From a virus (taxonomy: Duplodnaviria; Caudoviricetes), in IMG/VR virus record IMGVR_UViG_3300026187_000090, positions 1-24,084 of that record: a stretch of 24,084 bases of DNA, one strand, 5' to 3'. Position numbers and translations under genes: made by a program. Each line of letters begins with the position of its first letter. Position 1 is the stretch's first letter. Below the pieces are notes generated by a model. The model saw only the letters and a list, made by a program, of their open reading frames with translations, did not search any database and had not been told where the DNA came from. Below, one piece after another: positions 16,157-24,084 of this stretch.

Positions 16157-16366
16157 ATGATATTAACAAGAGAACAAAGATTAAAAAAATTATTAGACGT
16201 TAAATCTAATAAAGGTTTTTATGATTTGTATAAGGAAATATTCGATGAAGAAGTTCCTGAAACACAAACTAGAAACCCAAACGAAGAAATAGAGAATATC
16301 TGTAACGCTATTTATAATAATGAAAAATTAATAGCTAAGCCTCTTGCAAAAGATGCCTGGATATAA
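16157..16366 (+). CDS. small hypothetical protein, possible immunity/partner of the MuF C-terminal domain
   Basis: 69 aa directly downstream of muF; AAGG RBS. Confidence 0.6.
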   Translation: MILTREQRLKKLLDVKSNKGFYDLYKEIFDEEVPETQTRNPNEEIENICNAIYNNEKLIAKPLAKDAWI

Positions 16367-16446
16367 TCTATATAATAGAATTTATATTTTGTTTATAAGT
16401 ATAAGTTCATTAAAATATAACAAGGGCCGTGTCCCAAGGAGAAAAA

Positions 16447-17100
16447 ATGACTGAAGAAAAACAAGTTGAAAAAAAAGAAACTGAAATTGAAAATAAAACA
16501 GAACAAGCAGATATTAAATCTGTTGTAGATCAAGAAGTTTCTAAAGCAATTAAAAACATAAAAAATAATTTAGATTCTGCATACTCAGAAAGAGATGCTG
16601 CATTGGCTCAATTAGAACAAGCTAAAGCTGAAAAACAAAAAGCTGAAATTGAAGCCTTAGAAAAACAAGGTAAACATGCAGAGGTTATGCAAATGAAACT
16701 AAATGAAATGGCTTCTAAACTTGAATCTTATGAACAAAAGAACACAGAATTGAGTAGAGATAATGCCGTGCGTACTCAGCTTAATGCTTTAAACTTTAAA
16801 TCTGAAAAAGCAGCTAATATGGCTTATTCAGATATTGTAAATAGTTTAAAGAAAGATGCTTCAGGGAATTGGGTGCATGATAGTGGTTTAAGTATAAGTG
16901 AGACAGTGTCTAACTATGCAAAAGACGAAAACAATGCGTTTTTATTTTCTGTTAAAGCAAATATGGGAACTGGAATAAATCCAGCTAAACCATCAACAGG
17001 TAATACTCCTGTTAAAAATATAAAAGACATGACAACCGATGAAATGCTTAATGCTGTTGCAAAAGGGCAAATCAAAGTTGATGGTGAATGGTCTGTATAA
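16447..17100 (+). CDS. capsid scaffolding protein
   Basis: Charged coiled coil, G/P-rich C-terminal linker, position before major capsid gene; AAGGAG RBS favours ATG 16447. Confidence 0.8.
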   Translation: MTEEKQVEKKETEIENKTEQADIKSVVDQEVSKAIKNIKNNLDSAYSERDAALAQLEQAKAEKQKAEIEALEKQGKHAEVMQMKLNEMASKLESYEQKNTELSRDNAVRTQLNALNFKSEKAANMAYSDIVNSLKKDASGNWVHDSGLSISETVSNYAKDENNAFLFSVKANMGTGINPAKPSTGNTPVKNIKDMTTDEMLNAVAKGQIKVDGEWSV

Positions 17101-17168
17101 AAGGCCAATCTTTTATAATAATAACCGTAACAAATATGTTACATAAATAATAAAAGGAAAAAACAAAA

Positions 17169-18227
17169 ATGGCAATACAAAGTAATCAGTTTAATAACAT
17201 TGCTCAAGCGATTGCAGCTTATGCACAAGCTGAAAGAGCAGATGCTGCGTTATTAACTTCAACAGCTTTAGTTGGTTCAGATGCTAGAATTACAGATTCT
17301 GGTGAAAATTATACTGGTACGTTAAGATGGTTAGATTTTACTGATCCAACAACTTTTAATAAGCAAAATGAAAATGAGTTTGATAAAAACTTAAATACAA
17401 TGGATGTAAACAACAAATCTGCTGTATATATCAAAAACATAGATCATATTGCTGCTCAAGAAATGTCTATTCAAAAATTAATTTCTAAAGTAGACGGATT
17501 ATCTTATTTAGGTTCTCAATTTGCATCTGTAAGAGCAAGAAGAGAAGACTTACAATTAAGAAATATCATGAATGGTGTAGCAGCTAGTATTTGGGGTGGA
17601 ACATTCGTTGGTGCTTCAGATCCTGCACAAGTTGTAAACAGCTTTGGTTATTATACTGGATCAGACGCTAGTTCTGTTGTTAATCCACTATTTGAACTAG
17701 ACACAAGTGCTAATACAAGATCAAGTTTCTTTGATACTTTATTAGATGCTATTACTGCAGTTAAAGGTGAATTTGAAGAACCTTTCTACTACTTAGTGAC
17801 AGATACAGCTACTTATAATTTAATGAGAAAACAAAATGTACTTGACACAGCTCCAGTTGTAGATGGTAATTTTAATTTCAATACAATTTTAGGTGGTAAA
17901 GTAAGATTAATTATTAACAACCAAGCTTTAGTTGCAAACATTAATACTCCTAAAGTATCTTATTTAGCAAAAGCTGGTGCTGTTCATTATAGTGAAATTG
18001 CACAAATGAACCCAACAGCAATTGATAGAGATGAATTAGCTGGGAACGGTGGCGGATTAGTAACTGTTATTTCTAGATGGGGTAACATTATGCATCCAAA
18101 AGGTTTAACTTGGCAAGGATCTGCAACTCAATATCCTACAAATTTTGATCTTTCAAACCAATTTAATTGGAATGTACATGCTACTAATGTTAACCAAATG
18201 GGTATGTTCCCTATATTCCACGGTTAA
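17169..18227 (+). CDS. major capsid protein
   Basis: 352 aa after scaffold; biased codon use; IDRDELAGNGGGLVTVISRWGNIMHPKG C-terminal coat-protein pattern. Confidence 0.85.
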   Translation: MAIQSNQFNNIAQAIAAYAQAERADAALLTSTALVGSDARITDSGENYTGTLRWLDFTDPTTFNKQNENEFDKNLNTMDVNNKSAVYIKNIDHIAAQEMSIQKLISKVDGLSYLGSQFASVRARREDLQLRNIMNGVAASIWGGTFVGASDPAQVVNSFGYYTGSDASSVVNPLFELDTSANTRSSFFDTLLDAITAVKGEFEEPFYYLVTDTATYNLMRKQNVLDTAPVVDGNFNFNTILGGKVRLIINNQALVANINTPKVSYLAKAGAVHYSEIAQMNPTAIDRDELAGNGGGLVTVISRWGNIMHPKGLTWQGSATQYPTNFDLSNQFNWNVHATNVNQMGMFPIFHG

Positions 18228-18258
18228 TTGTTGTAAATATTAGATACGGAGAAATATA

Positions 18259-18801
18259 ATGGCTTTACAAAAAGGAATTAATTCATTTGTTACAGTTCAA
18301 GAGGCTGATGACTATTTTAATGATAGATTATATTCAGAAACTTGGTTTAATTCTAGTGAGTTAGTTGAACAAGCTTTAGTAACAGCCACAGGAATTCTCG
18401 ATAATTTAAATTGGGGCGGCACGGCAGAACCGACCGCCTCATATCCATTATCGTGGCCTAGAGATATAACTTATTATAATCCTAAAATAGGTGACTATGA
18501 AGGTTTAGATGACGATAGATCTGAATCAGATTATGGTACTATTCCTGAAGATATCAAAAAAGCAACTTATGAGTTAGCACTTCATTTAATATCTAACATG
18601 CAAACTGCTGTAACAAATGCATCAGGGGCTAATAAAGTAACCGATTTAACGGTTGGCTCTATTAGACTAGCATTTGATATAGCTTCTGGAATTGATAATT
18701 ATAAAGAATTACCAGATTCCATACTAAATATTGTTAGTAAATATTTTGATGAACAATTTGTTTCAAATAGTCGAGGTGTTAAAGTAAGTGGGGGTGCTTA
18801 A
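18259..18801 (+). CDS. head-tail adaptor (DnaT-like domain family)
   Basis: NSFVTVQEADDYF...LSWPR...IPEDIKKATYELAL. Confidence 0.8.
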   Translation: MALQKGINSFVTVQEADDYFNDRLYSETWFNSSELVEQALVTATGILDNLNWGGTAEPTASYPLSWPRDITYYNPKIGDYEGLDDDRSESDYGTIPEDIKKATYELALHLISNMQTAVTNASGANKVTDLTVGSIRLAFDIASGIDNYKELPDSILNIVSKYFDEQFVSNSRGVKVSGGA

Positions 18802-19157
18802 TGAGCTTTAAGACACTTATCAATGATAATATAGTTAATGCATTTTCTTTAATTGGGGATTTAGCAGAAGATATACAATTTACAAATGTTAATGTTACAG
18901 GATATGATTTTAACACACAAACTGTAAATTCTTCAAGTTCAAATCCTATTACAATTAAAGGTGTTGTTATTAAAAGTTATAAAACTAATGATGACAACCC
19001 AAGAATAAATGCAGAACTTATATTAAAATCTTCTGATATTGATTCAAAAATATTAGATAATTACGATAGCGTAATTTTAAATAATAAAACTTGGTCAATA
19101 AATAAATATGAAGACAATGGTTATGTTTTAAACGTTGAAATAGGAAGGGAGGTTTAA
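18801..19157 (+). CDS. probable head-closure/head-tail joining protein
   Basis: Size, beta-rich sequence and synteny. Confidence 0.6.
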   Translation: MSFKTLINDNIVNAFSLIGDLAEDIQFTNVNVTGYDFNTQTVNSSSSNPITIKGVVIKSYKTNDDNPRINAELILKSSDIDSKILDNYDSVILNNKTWSINKYEDNGYVLNVEIGREV

Positions 19158-19158
19158 T

Positions 19159-19554
19159 ATGGCAACAATTTCACAATTGTTAACTTCTGTAGAAAACCTT
19201 TTTACTACTTCAAATTGGACTTCTCATAACATAAAAGCATTTCCTGCTAACTATCAAGGAGATATAAATGCTGATGAATGGGTTAGGGTAAATGTTTTAC
19301 CTTTTTCATCAGACCTTATTTTTGCAAAAGAAGTAAAAGCTAATGGTCAAATTGTGTGTCAAATTTTTGTACCTTCGGGTAAGGGAATGAAACGTGCATA
19401 TGAAATAGCTGATATTTTAAAAGCATTATTAGATAGGAAAGAAATTTCAGGGTATCTGCAAACAACTAATAGCTTTATAACAAACGTTGGAATTGATGAA
19501 AAGGATTCAGGTTTATATAATGTGAATTACACCGTCAATTTCATTTCAATTTAA
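19159..19554 (+). CDS. probable tail terminator
   Basis: EWVRVNV...GQIVCQIFVPSGKG...AYEIADIL pattern; precedes tail tube. Confidence 0.7.
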   Translation: MATISQLLTSVENLFTTSNWTSHNIKAFPANYQGDINADEWVRVNVLPFSSDLIFAKEVKANGQIVCQIFVPSGKGMKRAYEIADILKALLDRKEISGYLQTTNSFITNVGIDEKDSGLYNVNYTVNFISI

Positions 19555-19579
19555 CCAATAAATATATAAGGAAAAAAAA

Positions 19580-20077
19580 ATGGCTCTAATAACAAATATA
19601 GGTGCTGGTATTTTCACTACACTTAAGTTCAAAGCTGATAGTAGCTACACTTTACCAACAGATGACACAACACACCAGGCGTTTATAACTCCTAGTACAG
19701 GTGATTTTGATGGTGCAACTGAAGTTACTAATATCAGGGAATTTCCATCATTTGGTAAACCTGCAAATATTGTAAACGTTCCAAACTATGGACAATCTGT
19801 AAGTTCTCAAATTCAAGGACAATCAGATGCTCCAACTATGGAATTTACAGTAAACTATGTTCCAGGTGATCATGGTGCTATTCAAGCATTAGTTCAAGAC
19901 GGAAACACATATGTGTACCAAATTGATGTTAAAAATGCTGAAACAGGTGATAACGCTGCATTTTATGTAAAAGGACAATTTGCTTCATTTGAAGTCTCTC
20001 CTAATTTGACTGATTCTAATCAGGCAACTATTACGATGAGTACTCAAGGTGACTATGTTGGCCCTTTTGCTGATTAA
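19580..20077 (+). CDS. major tail tube protein
   Basis: IREFPSFG.PANIVNVP...QIQGQSDAPTMEFTVNYVP; synteny; followed by a hairpin. Confidence 0.82.
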   Translation: MALITNIGAGIFTTLKFKADSSYTLPTDDTTHQAFITPSTGDFDGATEVTNIREFPSFGKPANIVNVPNYGQSVSSQIQGQSDAPTMEFTVNYVPGDHGAIQALVQDGNTYVYQIDVKNAETGDNAAFYVKGQFASFEVSPNLTDSNQATITMSTQGDYVGPFAD

Positions 20078-20086
20078 TAAAATTTT

Positions 20087-20114
20087 TATGTTGGGGTGTA
20101 AAAGCCCCAGCATA
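20087..20114 (+). terminator. hairpin after tail tube gene
   Basis: TATGTTGGGGT-GTAAAA-GCCCCAGCATA; weak U tract. Confidence 0.55.
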
Positions 20115-20135
20115 TTATTAGTATAAGGATAAAAA

Positions 20136-20453
20136 ATGAATAATAATAATAATAAACCGTTCAATAAATATTATGTTTTAAGAATAACTTCATTACATAT
20201 AAAAAAATCAATTGATACATCAATTAGAAAAACATATGAAAGATTAAAAGATGTAGAAAATAAAGCTGAAGTTTTCGAAACTTTAGATGTTCTACATAAA
20301 ATTAGAAAATTAATGGAAGACTTTGAATCAAATAATAAACATTTATATAAAAAACCAGAAGAGGTAGAGAATGAAACACATAAAGATAATAGATATAAAG
20401 AAGAAAGTTCCGTTCATGGAACAGGAAGTGGAAATAAAACAACTGACAGTTAA
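20136..20453 (+). CDS. hypothetical helical protein
   Basis: AAGGA RBS; 3' end overlaps next gene by 83 nt. Confidence 0.7.
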   Translation: MNNNNNKPFNKYYVLRITSLHIKKSIDTSIRKTYERLKDVENKAEVFETLDVLHKIRKLMEDFESNNKHLYKKPEEVENETHKDNRYKEESSVHGTGSGNKTTDS

Positions 20454-20685
20454 GGGTGTTAAAGATTTACAAAAACTTTTAAACGCTAGTAAAGATGATT
20501 TATCTGGTGTATCTACCTTAAGTGCAATTTTTAAATCTACTGTAGTTGGGGCTGAAGACATGAAAGATAAAGATTTTGAGCAATTTCCAATACAAGCATT
20601 AACAGAGTTATCTAATCAAATACTTTTATATAATGGATTAGGTGCTAAAGACGATAGTGGTACTGAGTTGGGGAAGAAGAGTTAG
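20371..20685 (+). CDS. tail assembly chaperone (gpG-like)
   Basis: VPFMEQEVEIKQLTVK...; ends LGKKS; GAGGT RBS; lies between tail tube and tape measure. Confidence 0.8.
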   Translation: MKHIKIIDIKKKVPFMEQEVEIKQLTVKGVKDLQKLLNASKDDLSGVSTLSAIFKSTVVGAEDMKDKDFEQFPIQALTELSNQILLYNGLGAKDDSGTELGKKS

Positions 20686-21044
20686 CAGAATATGAAATTG
20701 CCCATCAATTAGGTGTTACTTTAGACACTATTTATAATATGTCTTCAAAAGAATATTTTGGTTGGATAAAATATTTTGAAAAAAGACCTTATGGATGGAG
20801 AGATGATCATAGATCTGCTATTATAGCTCAAACAACTTATCAAGGAACAAAACCTTTACGTATTAAAGATTTATTTCCTTCATTAAAAATGATGGAAAAT
20901 AGTAATAAGGATAATGAAATAAAATTACAAGAAGGGTTGTCTCAATTAAAGGCAATTGCTAAGAAAAATAATATTTCATTTTTGGATGACAATAATGTGT
21001 CCACAAAACAACTCGCTAAAAAGGAGAAAAACAATGACAAATAA
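20670..21044 (+). CDS. gpT-like extension of tail chaperone, reached by -1 frameshift
   Basis: -1 frame open from 20667: GEEELAEYEIAHQLGVTLDTIYNMSSKEYFGWIKYF...; no start codon until 20739. Confidence 0.75.
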   Translation, partial: GEEELAEYEIAHQLGVTLDTIYNMSSKEYFGWIKYFEKRPYGWRDDHRSAIIAQTTYQGTKPLRIKDLFPSLKMMENSNKDNEIKLQEGLSQLKAIAKKNNISFLDDNNVSTKQLAKKEKNNDK

Positions 21045-21459
21045 ACTATCTATATTTAATCAAATGAGACCATTATCGGTAGGATTTGATGATATGTTTG
21101 ATCATTTTGAAAAAATATTTGATCAACCAATGCTAAGTTCTAATTATCCCCCTTATAATATTGTTAAAACAAATAAAGGGTATAATATTGAAATAGCATT
21201 AGCAGGATTTAGTAAATCAGATGTTAATATTTTTGTTGAAAACGGAATTATTACAATTGAATCTAAATCTGAAAATAAATCTAAAGATAATACTGAAGTT
21301 TTACATAAAGGTATATCAAAAAGGTATTTTAAAAGACAATTTAGTATTTCTGATGATATAAAAGTTAATGAGGCAGAATTAAAAGATGGAATGTTAACTA
21401 TATTATTAGAAAAAATAATACCTGAAGATAAAAAATTAAAAAATATAAAAATTAAATAA
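21034..21459 (+). CDS. small heat shock protein Hsp20/IbpA-like
   Basis: SVGFDDMFD, NYPPYNIVK, IEIALAGF, LHKGISKRYFKRQF, AELKDGMLTI; AAGGAG RBS gives ATG 21034. Confidence 0.93.
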   Translation: MTNKLSIFNQMRPLSVGFDDMFDHFEKIFDQPMLSSNYPPYNIVKTNKGYNIEIALAGFSKSDVNIFVENGIITIESKSENKSKDNTEVLHKGISKRYFKRQFSISDDIKVNEAELKDGMLTILLEKIIPEDKKLKNIKIK

Positions 21460-21460
21460 T

Positions 21461-21487
21461 AGATATGGCGGGTAAAACCGCCTATCT
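21461..21487 (+). terminator. hairpin after hsp20
   Basis: AGATA-T-GGCGG-GTAAAA-CCGCC-TATCT; no U tract on the + strand. Confidence 0.55.
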
Positions 21488-21518
21488 TAAAAAGTATCAA
21501 TAAAGGTAAGGTAATATA

Positions 21519-21914
21519 ATGGCTGGTGTAAAAACTATTGGATTAACTGGTATAACTGTAGCTATGAATGATAGGGTTGATAAATTTGCAGAAAAAGAAT
21601 TAAGATCTAGATCATTAAAAGCTTTAGCAGATGTCAAACTAATGACACCTGTAGATACTGGTGCAGCTAGAAATAGCTGGTATATTGGATATAAGGAGCA
21701 ATATTTTGATAACTCTAAAGGTGAAAATAGCCCTACATCTAATATACAAGTATTAGTTCCCAGAAATAAACCAGGTGAGATATTTGTAACCAATGGTGTT
21801 ACATATATACAATTACTTAATGAAGGTAATTCTAAACAAGCACCCATGAAATTTATTGAATCTGCTTTTAGTAAATACTTTGAAAACGTAAAAGTTGAAT
21901 ACGTTAATAAATAA
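21519..21914 (+). CDS. HK97 gp10-like tail completion/neck protein
   Basis: TPVDTGAARNSW...NGVTYIQLLNEGNSKQAPMKF. Confidence 0.82.
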   Translation: MAGVKTIGLTGITVAMNDRVDKFAEKELRSRSLKALADVKLMTPVDTGAARNSWYIGYKEQYFDNSKGENSPTSNIQVLVPRNKPGEIFVTNGVTYIQLLNEGNSKQAPMKFIESAFSKYFENVKVEYVNK

Positions 21915-21961
21915 CCGAATATAAATATAAAAATTATATTAACACGAAATAAAAATACATA

Positions 21962-24084
21962 ATGGCAAACGCTAAAATTGTAATTGATGTAGATGTCTTG
22001 GGACAAAAAGCCATACTGGCTGCCTCTAATCAATTAAAAAACGTAGGAACAAACGCTAGAGTAGCAGATGCAAGATTAAAAAAATTACAAGCTAGTGCTG
22101 CTAATGCTTCAAGGGCATTTTCAACATTGGGTACTGCACTTAAGGTAGGTGTTGCAGCGGGAATAGGTGCAGCTACTATAGGTTTGGGTAAATTTGTTTC
22201 AGATACTTTTAGTGCGGGTAGTCAAGTAGAACAACTACAAAATAGATTTCAACTTTTATTTGGTTCTGTAGAAGAAGGTGGAAGAGCATTTGATAGTTTA
22301 GCAGCTTTTGCAGCTAAAGTTCCTTTTTCTCTAGAAGAAATTGCAGCGGGGTCAGGTAATCTTGCGGTTATATCTGAAGATGCTAAAGACTTATCTAAGA
22401 TTATGGAAATTACAGGTAACGTTGCTGCAGCTACAGGTTTAGATTTTCAACAAACAGCAACACAAATACAAAGATCATTTGCTGGTGGTATAGCTTCTGC
22501 TGATATATTCAGAGAGCGTGGTGTTAGAGCAATGTTAGGTTTTGAAGCTGGTGTAAAAGTATCAGTTGAAGAAACTAAAAAAAGATTTTTTGAAGTATTT
22601 GGCCCAGGTGGTGAGTTTGGTAATGCAACTAAATTACTTGCTAACACGCTTACTGGACAAGTATCAATGGTACAAGATAAGTATTTTCAATTCAGGGGTA
22701 TTGTAGCTAAATCATTTTTTCAACCTTTAAAACAACAGATAAGAGATTTAAATACAGAATTATCTGGTAATCAAAAATTTTTTGAAAAATTAGCAAAAGA
22801 TATTGGTGAAAAATTAGCAGTAGCTTTTAAAAATATAGAAAAAGCTATAAGAGTAGTAATAGATAATTTTGATATATTAGTAGATGCTACTAAAGTATAT
22901 ATAGCTTTAAAATTTACTAAAGTTTTGCAAGGTATTGTTGCACAATTATTTATATACGCTGCAAGAATGAAAGCTGCTATGATTCTGACCGTAGGATTAA
23001 CTGCTAAACAAAGGATTTTAAATCTTGTAATGAGCGCAAATCCTTTAGGCCTTTTTATAAAAGCTATCACACTTGTAGGTACAGCACTTTTAGCACTTAA
23101 TGTGGATTTCGGTAAAATAATAATAACTATAAAAGAAAAATTAAAATCAGCAATTCTTACAGCTACTAAATCATGGTATCAATTTGTAGAAGCAATTGGT
23201 GTAGGTAATAGTCAAGAAAATCAAAAAAAGATAAGAAATATAACTAATGCTATAAATGAACAAGCACGAGGCGTTGATAGATTAGCTAAAAAATATGAAA
23301 ACTTAGCAAAAGAAAATAGTTACACTTCACAAGCAAAACGTAGAAGCACATATAATCAACCCTCTCCTCAAAGAGGTATGGCTGATGAATTTGAGGCTGC
23401 TGAAAAGAAACGTCAAGAAGAACTAGCAGCTCTCAATGAAAGAATTATGTTTAGTGAAAAACGTAGTATTGTTATTAATGCTAAAGCTGCAGTAGCGGAA
23501 AGAGAAAGATTAGCTAATTTAAGGTCTTACAGAGATGTTTTAGAAGATGCGGGAATAGAATCTAAAATGATTGCAGATACAATTAGTTCATCTTGGCTAG
23601 AGGGATTAAGGCAGGGTAATTCATTATTAGATATAACTAAAAATGCATTTAGAAATGTTTTATTATCTATATCAGATACATTAGTTAAAAAATCTTCTGA
23701 ATTATTAATTGAAAGATTATTTGTTTCTTTAGGTAATAAGAAAATTGCTCAACAAAAAATATTGAATTCTGAAGTTGGTAACCAAGGAAAATTAATGGAT
23801 ACTATAATTTCTAAAGGTAGTGGCTTACTGTCTAATATTGGAGGATTTTTAGGAGGCGGTAAAGGAGGCGGATTTGCTGGTTTATTTAGTGGTGTAAGAT
23901 CTATATTTAATTTTGCAGAAGGAGGTGTAGTTCCAGGAGGTGCGCCATATACAGATAGAATTCCAGCTATGCTAACACCTGGAGAAGTTGTTATACCTAG
24001 AAATAAAGTTAATAATAATTCAATGGGGTCAACTAATATAACTAATATTAACATAAGTGGAAATGTAGATCAAAGATCCATAGA
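21962..24084 (+). CDS. tail tape measure protein (3' end outside window)
   Basis: Not in ORF track because no stop is reached; MANAKIVIDVDV..., LLFGSVEEGGRAFDSLAAFAAKVPFSLEEI, and in-frame FAEGGVVPGG...DRIPAMLTPGEVVIPR at 23912. Confidence 0.9.
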   Translation, partial: MANAKIVIDVDVLGQKAILAASNQLKNVGTNARVADARLKKLQASAANASRAFSTLGTALKVGVAAGIGAATIGLGKFVSDTFSAGSQVEQLQNRFQLLFGSVEEGGRAFDSLAAFAAKVPFSLEEIAAGSGNLAVISEDAKDLSKIMEITGNVAAATGLDFQQTATQIQRSFAGGIASADIFRERGVRAMLGFEAGVKVSVEETKKRFFEVFGPGGEFGNATKLLANTLTGQVSMVQDKYFQFRGIVAKSFFQPLKQQIRDLNTELSGNQKFFEKLAKDIGEKLAVAFKNIEKAIRVVIDNFDILVDATKVYIALKFTKVLQGIVAQLFIYAARMKAAMILTVGLTAKQRILNLVMSANPLGLFIKAITLVGTALLALNVDFGKIIITIKEKLKSAILTATKSWYQFVEAIGVGNSQENQKKIRNITNAINEQARGVDRLAKKYENLAKENSYTSQAKRRSTYNQPSPQRGMADEFEAAEKKRQEELAALNERIMFSEKRSIVINAKAAVAERERLANLRSYRDVLEDAGIESKMIADTISSSWLEGLRQGNSLLDITKNAFRNVLLSISDTLVKKSSELLIERLFVSLGNKKIAQQKILNSEVGNQGKLMDTIISKGSGLLSNIGGFLGGGKGGGFAGLFSGVRSIFNFAEGGVVPGGAPYTDRIPAMLTPGEVVIPRNKVNNNSMGSTNITNINISGNVDQRSI

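Noticed and set aside
16344-16376. Sigma70 promoter upstream of the scaffold gene (TTGCAA with TATAAT)
   Set aside because: Spacers are 12 or 21 nt rather than about 17, and TATAAT is common in DNA this AT-rich
5060-21033. Longer starts given by the ORF track (5060, 16429, 20956; likewise 1643 and 1884)
   Set aside because: Downstream ATGs (5102, 16447, 21034, 1655, 1896) have properly spaced RBSs and family-typical N-termini
20739-21044. Stand-alone 101-aa gene starting at ATG 20739
   Set aside because: No RBS, and protein-like sequence continues upstream to 20667; better explained as a frameshift product
1862-24054. All minus-strand ORFs in the track (e.g. 1862-2119, 4987-5244, 7370-7681, 21153-21500, 21497-22033, 22447-22647, 22771-23070, 23749-24054)
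   Set aside because: They lie antisense to well-supported + strand genes, show F/L/I/S-rich shadow composition and have no recognisable motifs
1-24084. Canonical T7-type ~23-bp repeated promoter; integrase or other prophage signs
   Set aside because: No long repeated intergenic motif was found by eye; no integrase, repressor or host flank is present in this window

Overview
AT-rich segment of a tailed dsDNA phage genome, with every credible gene on the + strand. In order: small early ORFs with strong GGAGG ribosome-binding sites; a compact T7-like single-subunit RNA polymerase; ribosomal protein bS21; terS; an in-frame GIY-YIG-like/T4-type lysozyme fusion; terL; a ~490-nt non-coding region tiled with hairpins; portal; small membrane proteins; class I RNR (nrdA, nrdB); a run of very basic microproteins; a MuF/SPP1-gp7 head protein with a C-terminal HExxH domain; scaffold, major capsid and neck genes; tail tube; a frameshifted tail-chaperone pair; Hsp20; an HK97-gp10-like gene; and a tape measure gene running off the window. 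This is a siphovirus-type virion module combined with a T7-like RNAP. A marine alphaproteobacterial (SAR11-like) host is my inference only. Best novelty candidates: the putative structured RNA between terL and portal, the protamine-like microprotein cluster, the nuclease-lysozyme fusion and the MuF-peptidase/immunity-like pair. All homology calls are by-eye motif recognition; no searches were run.
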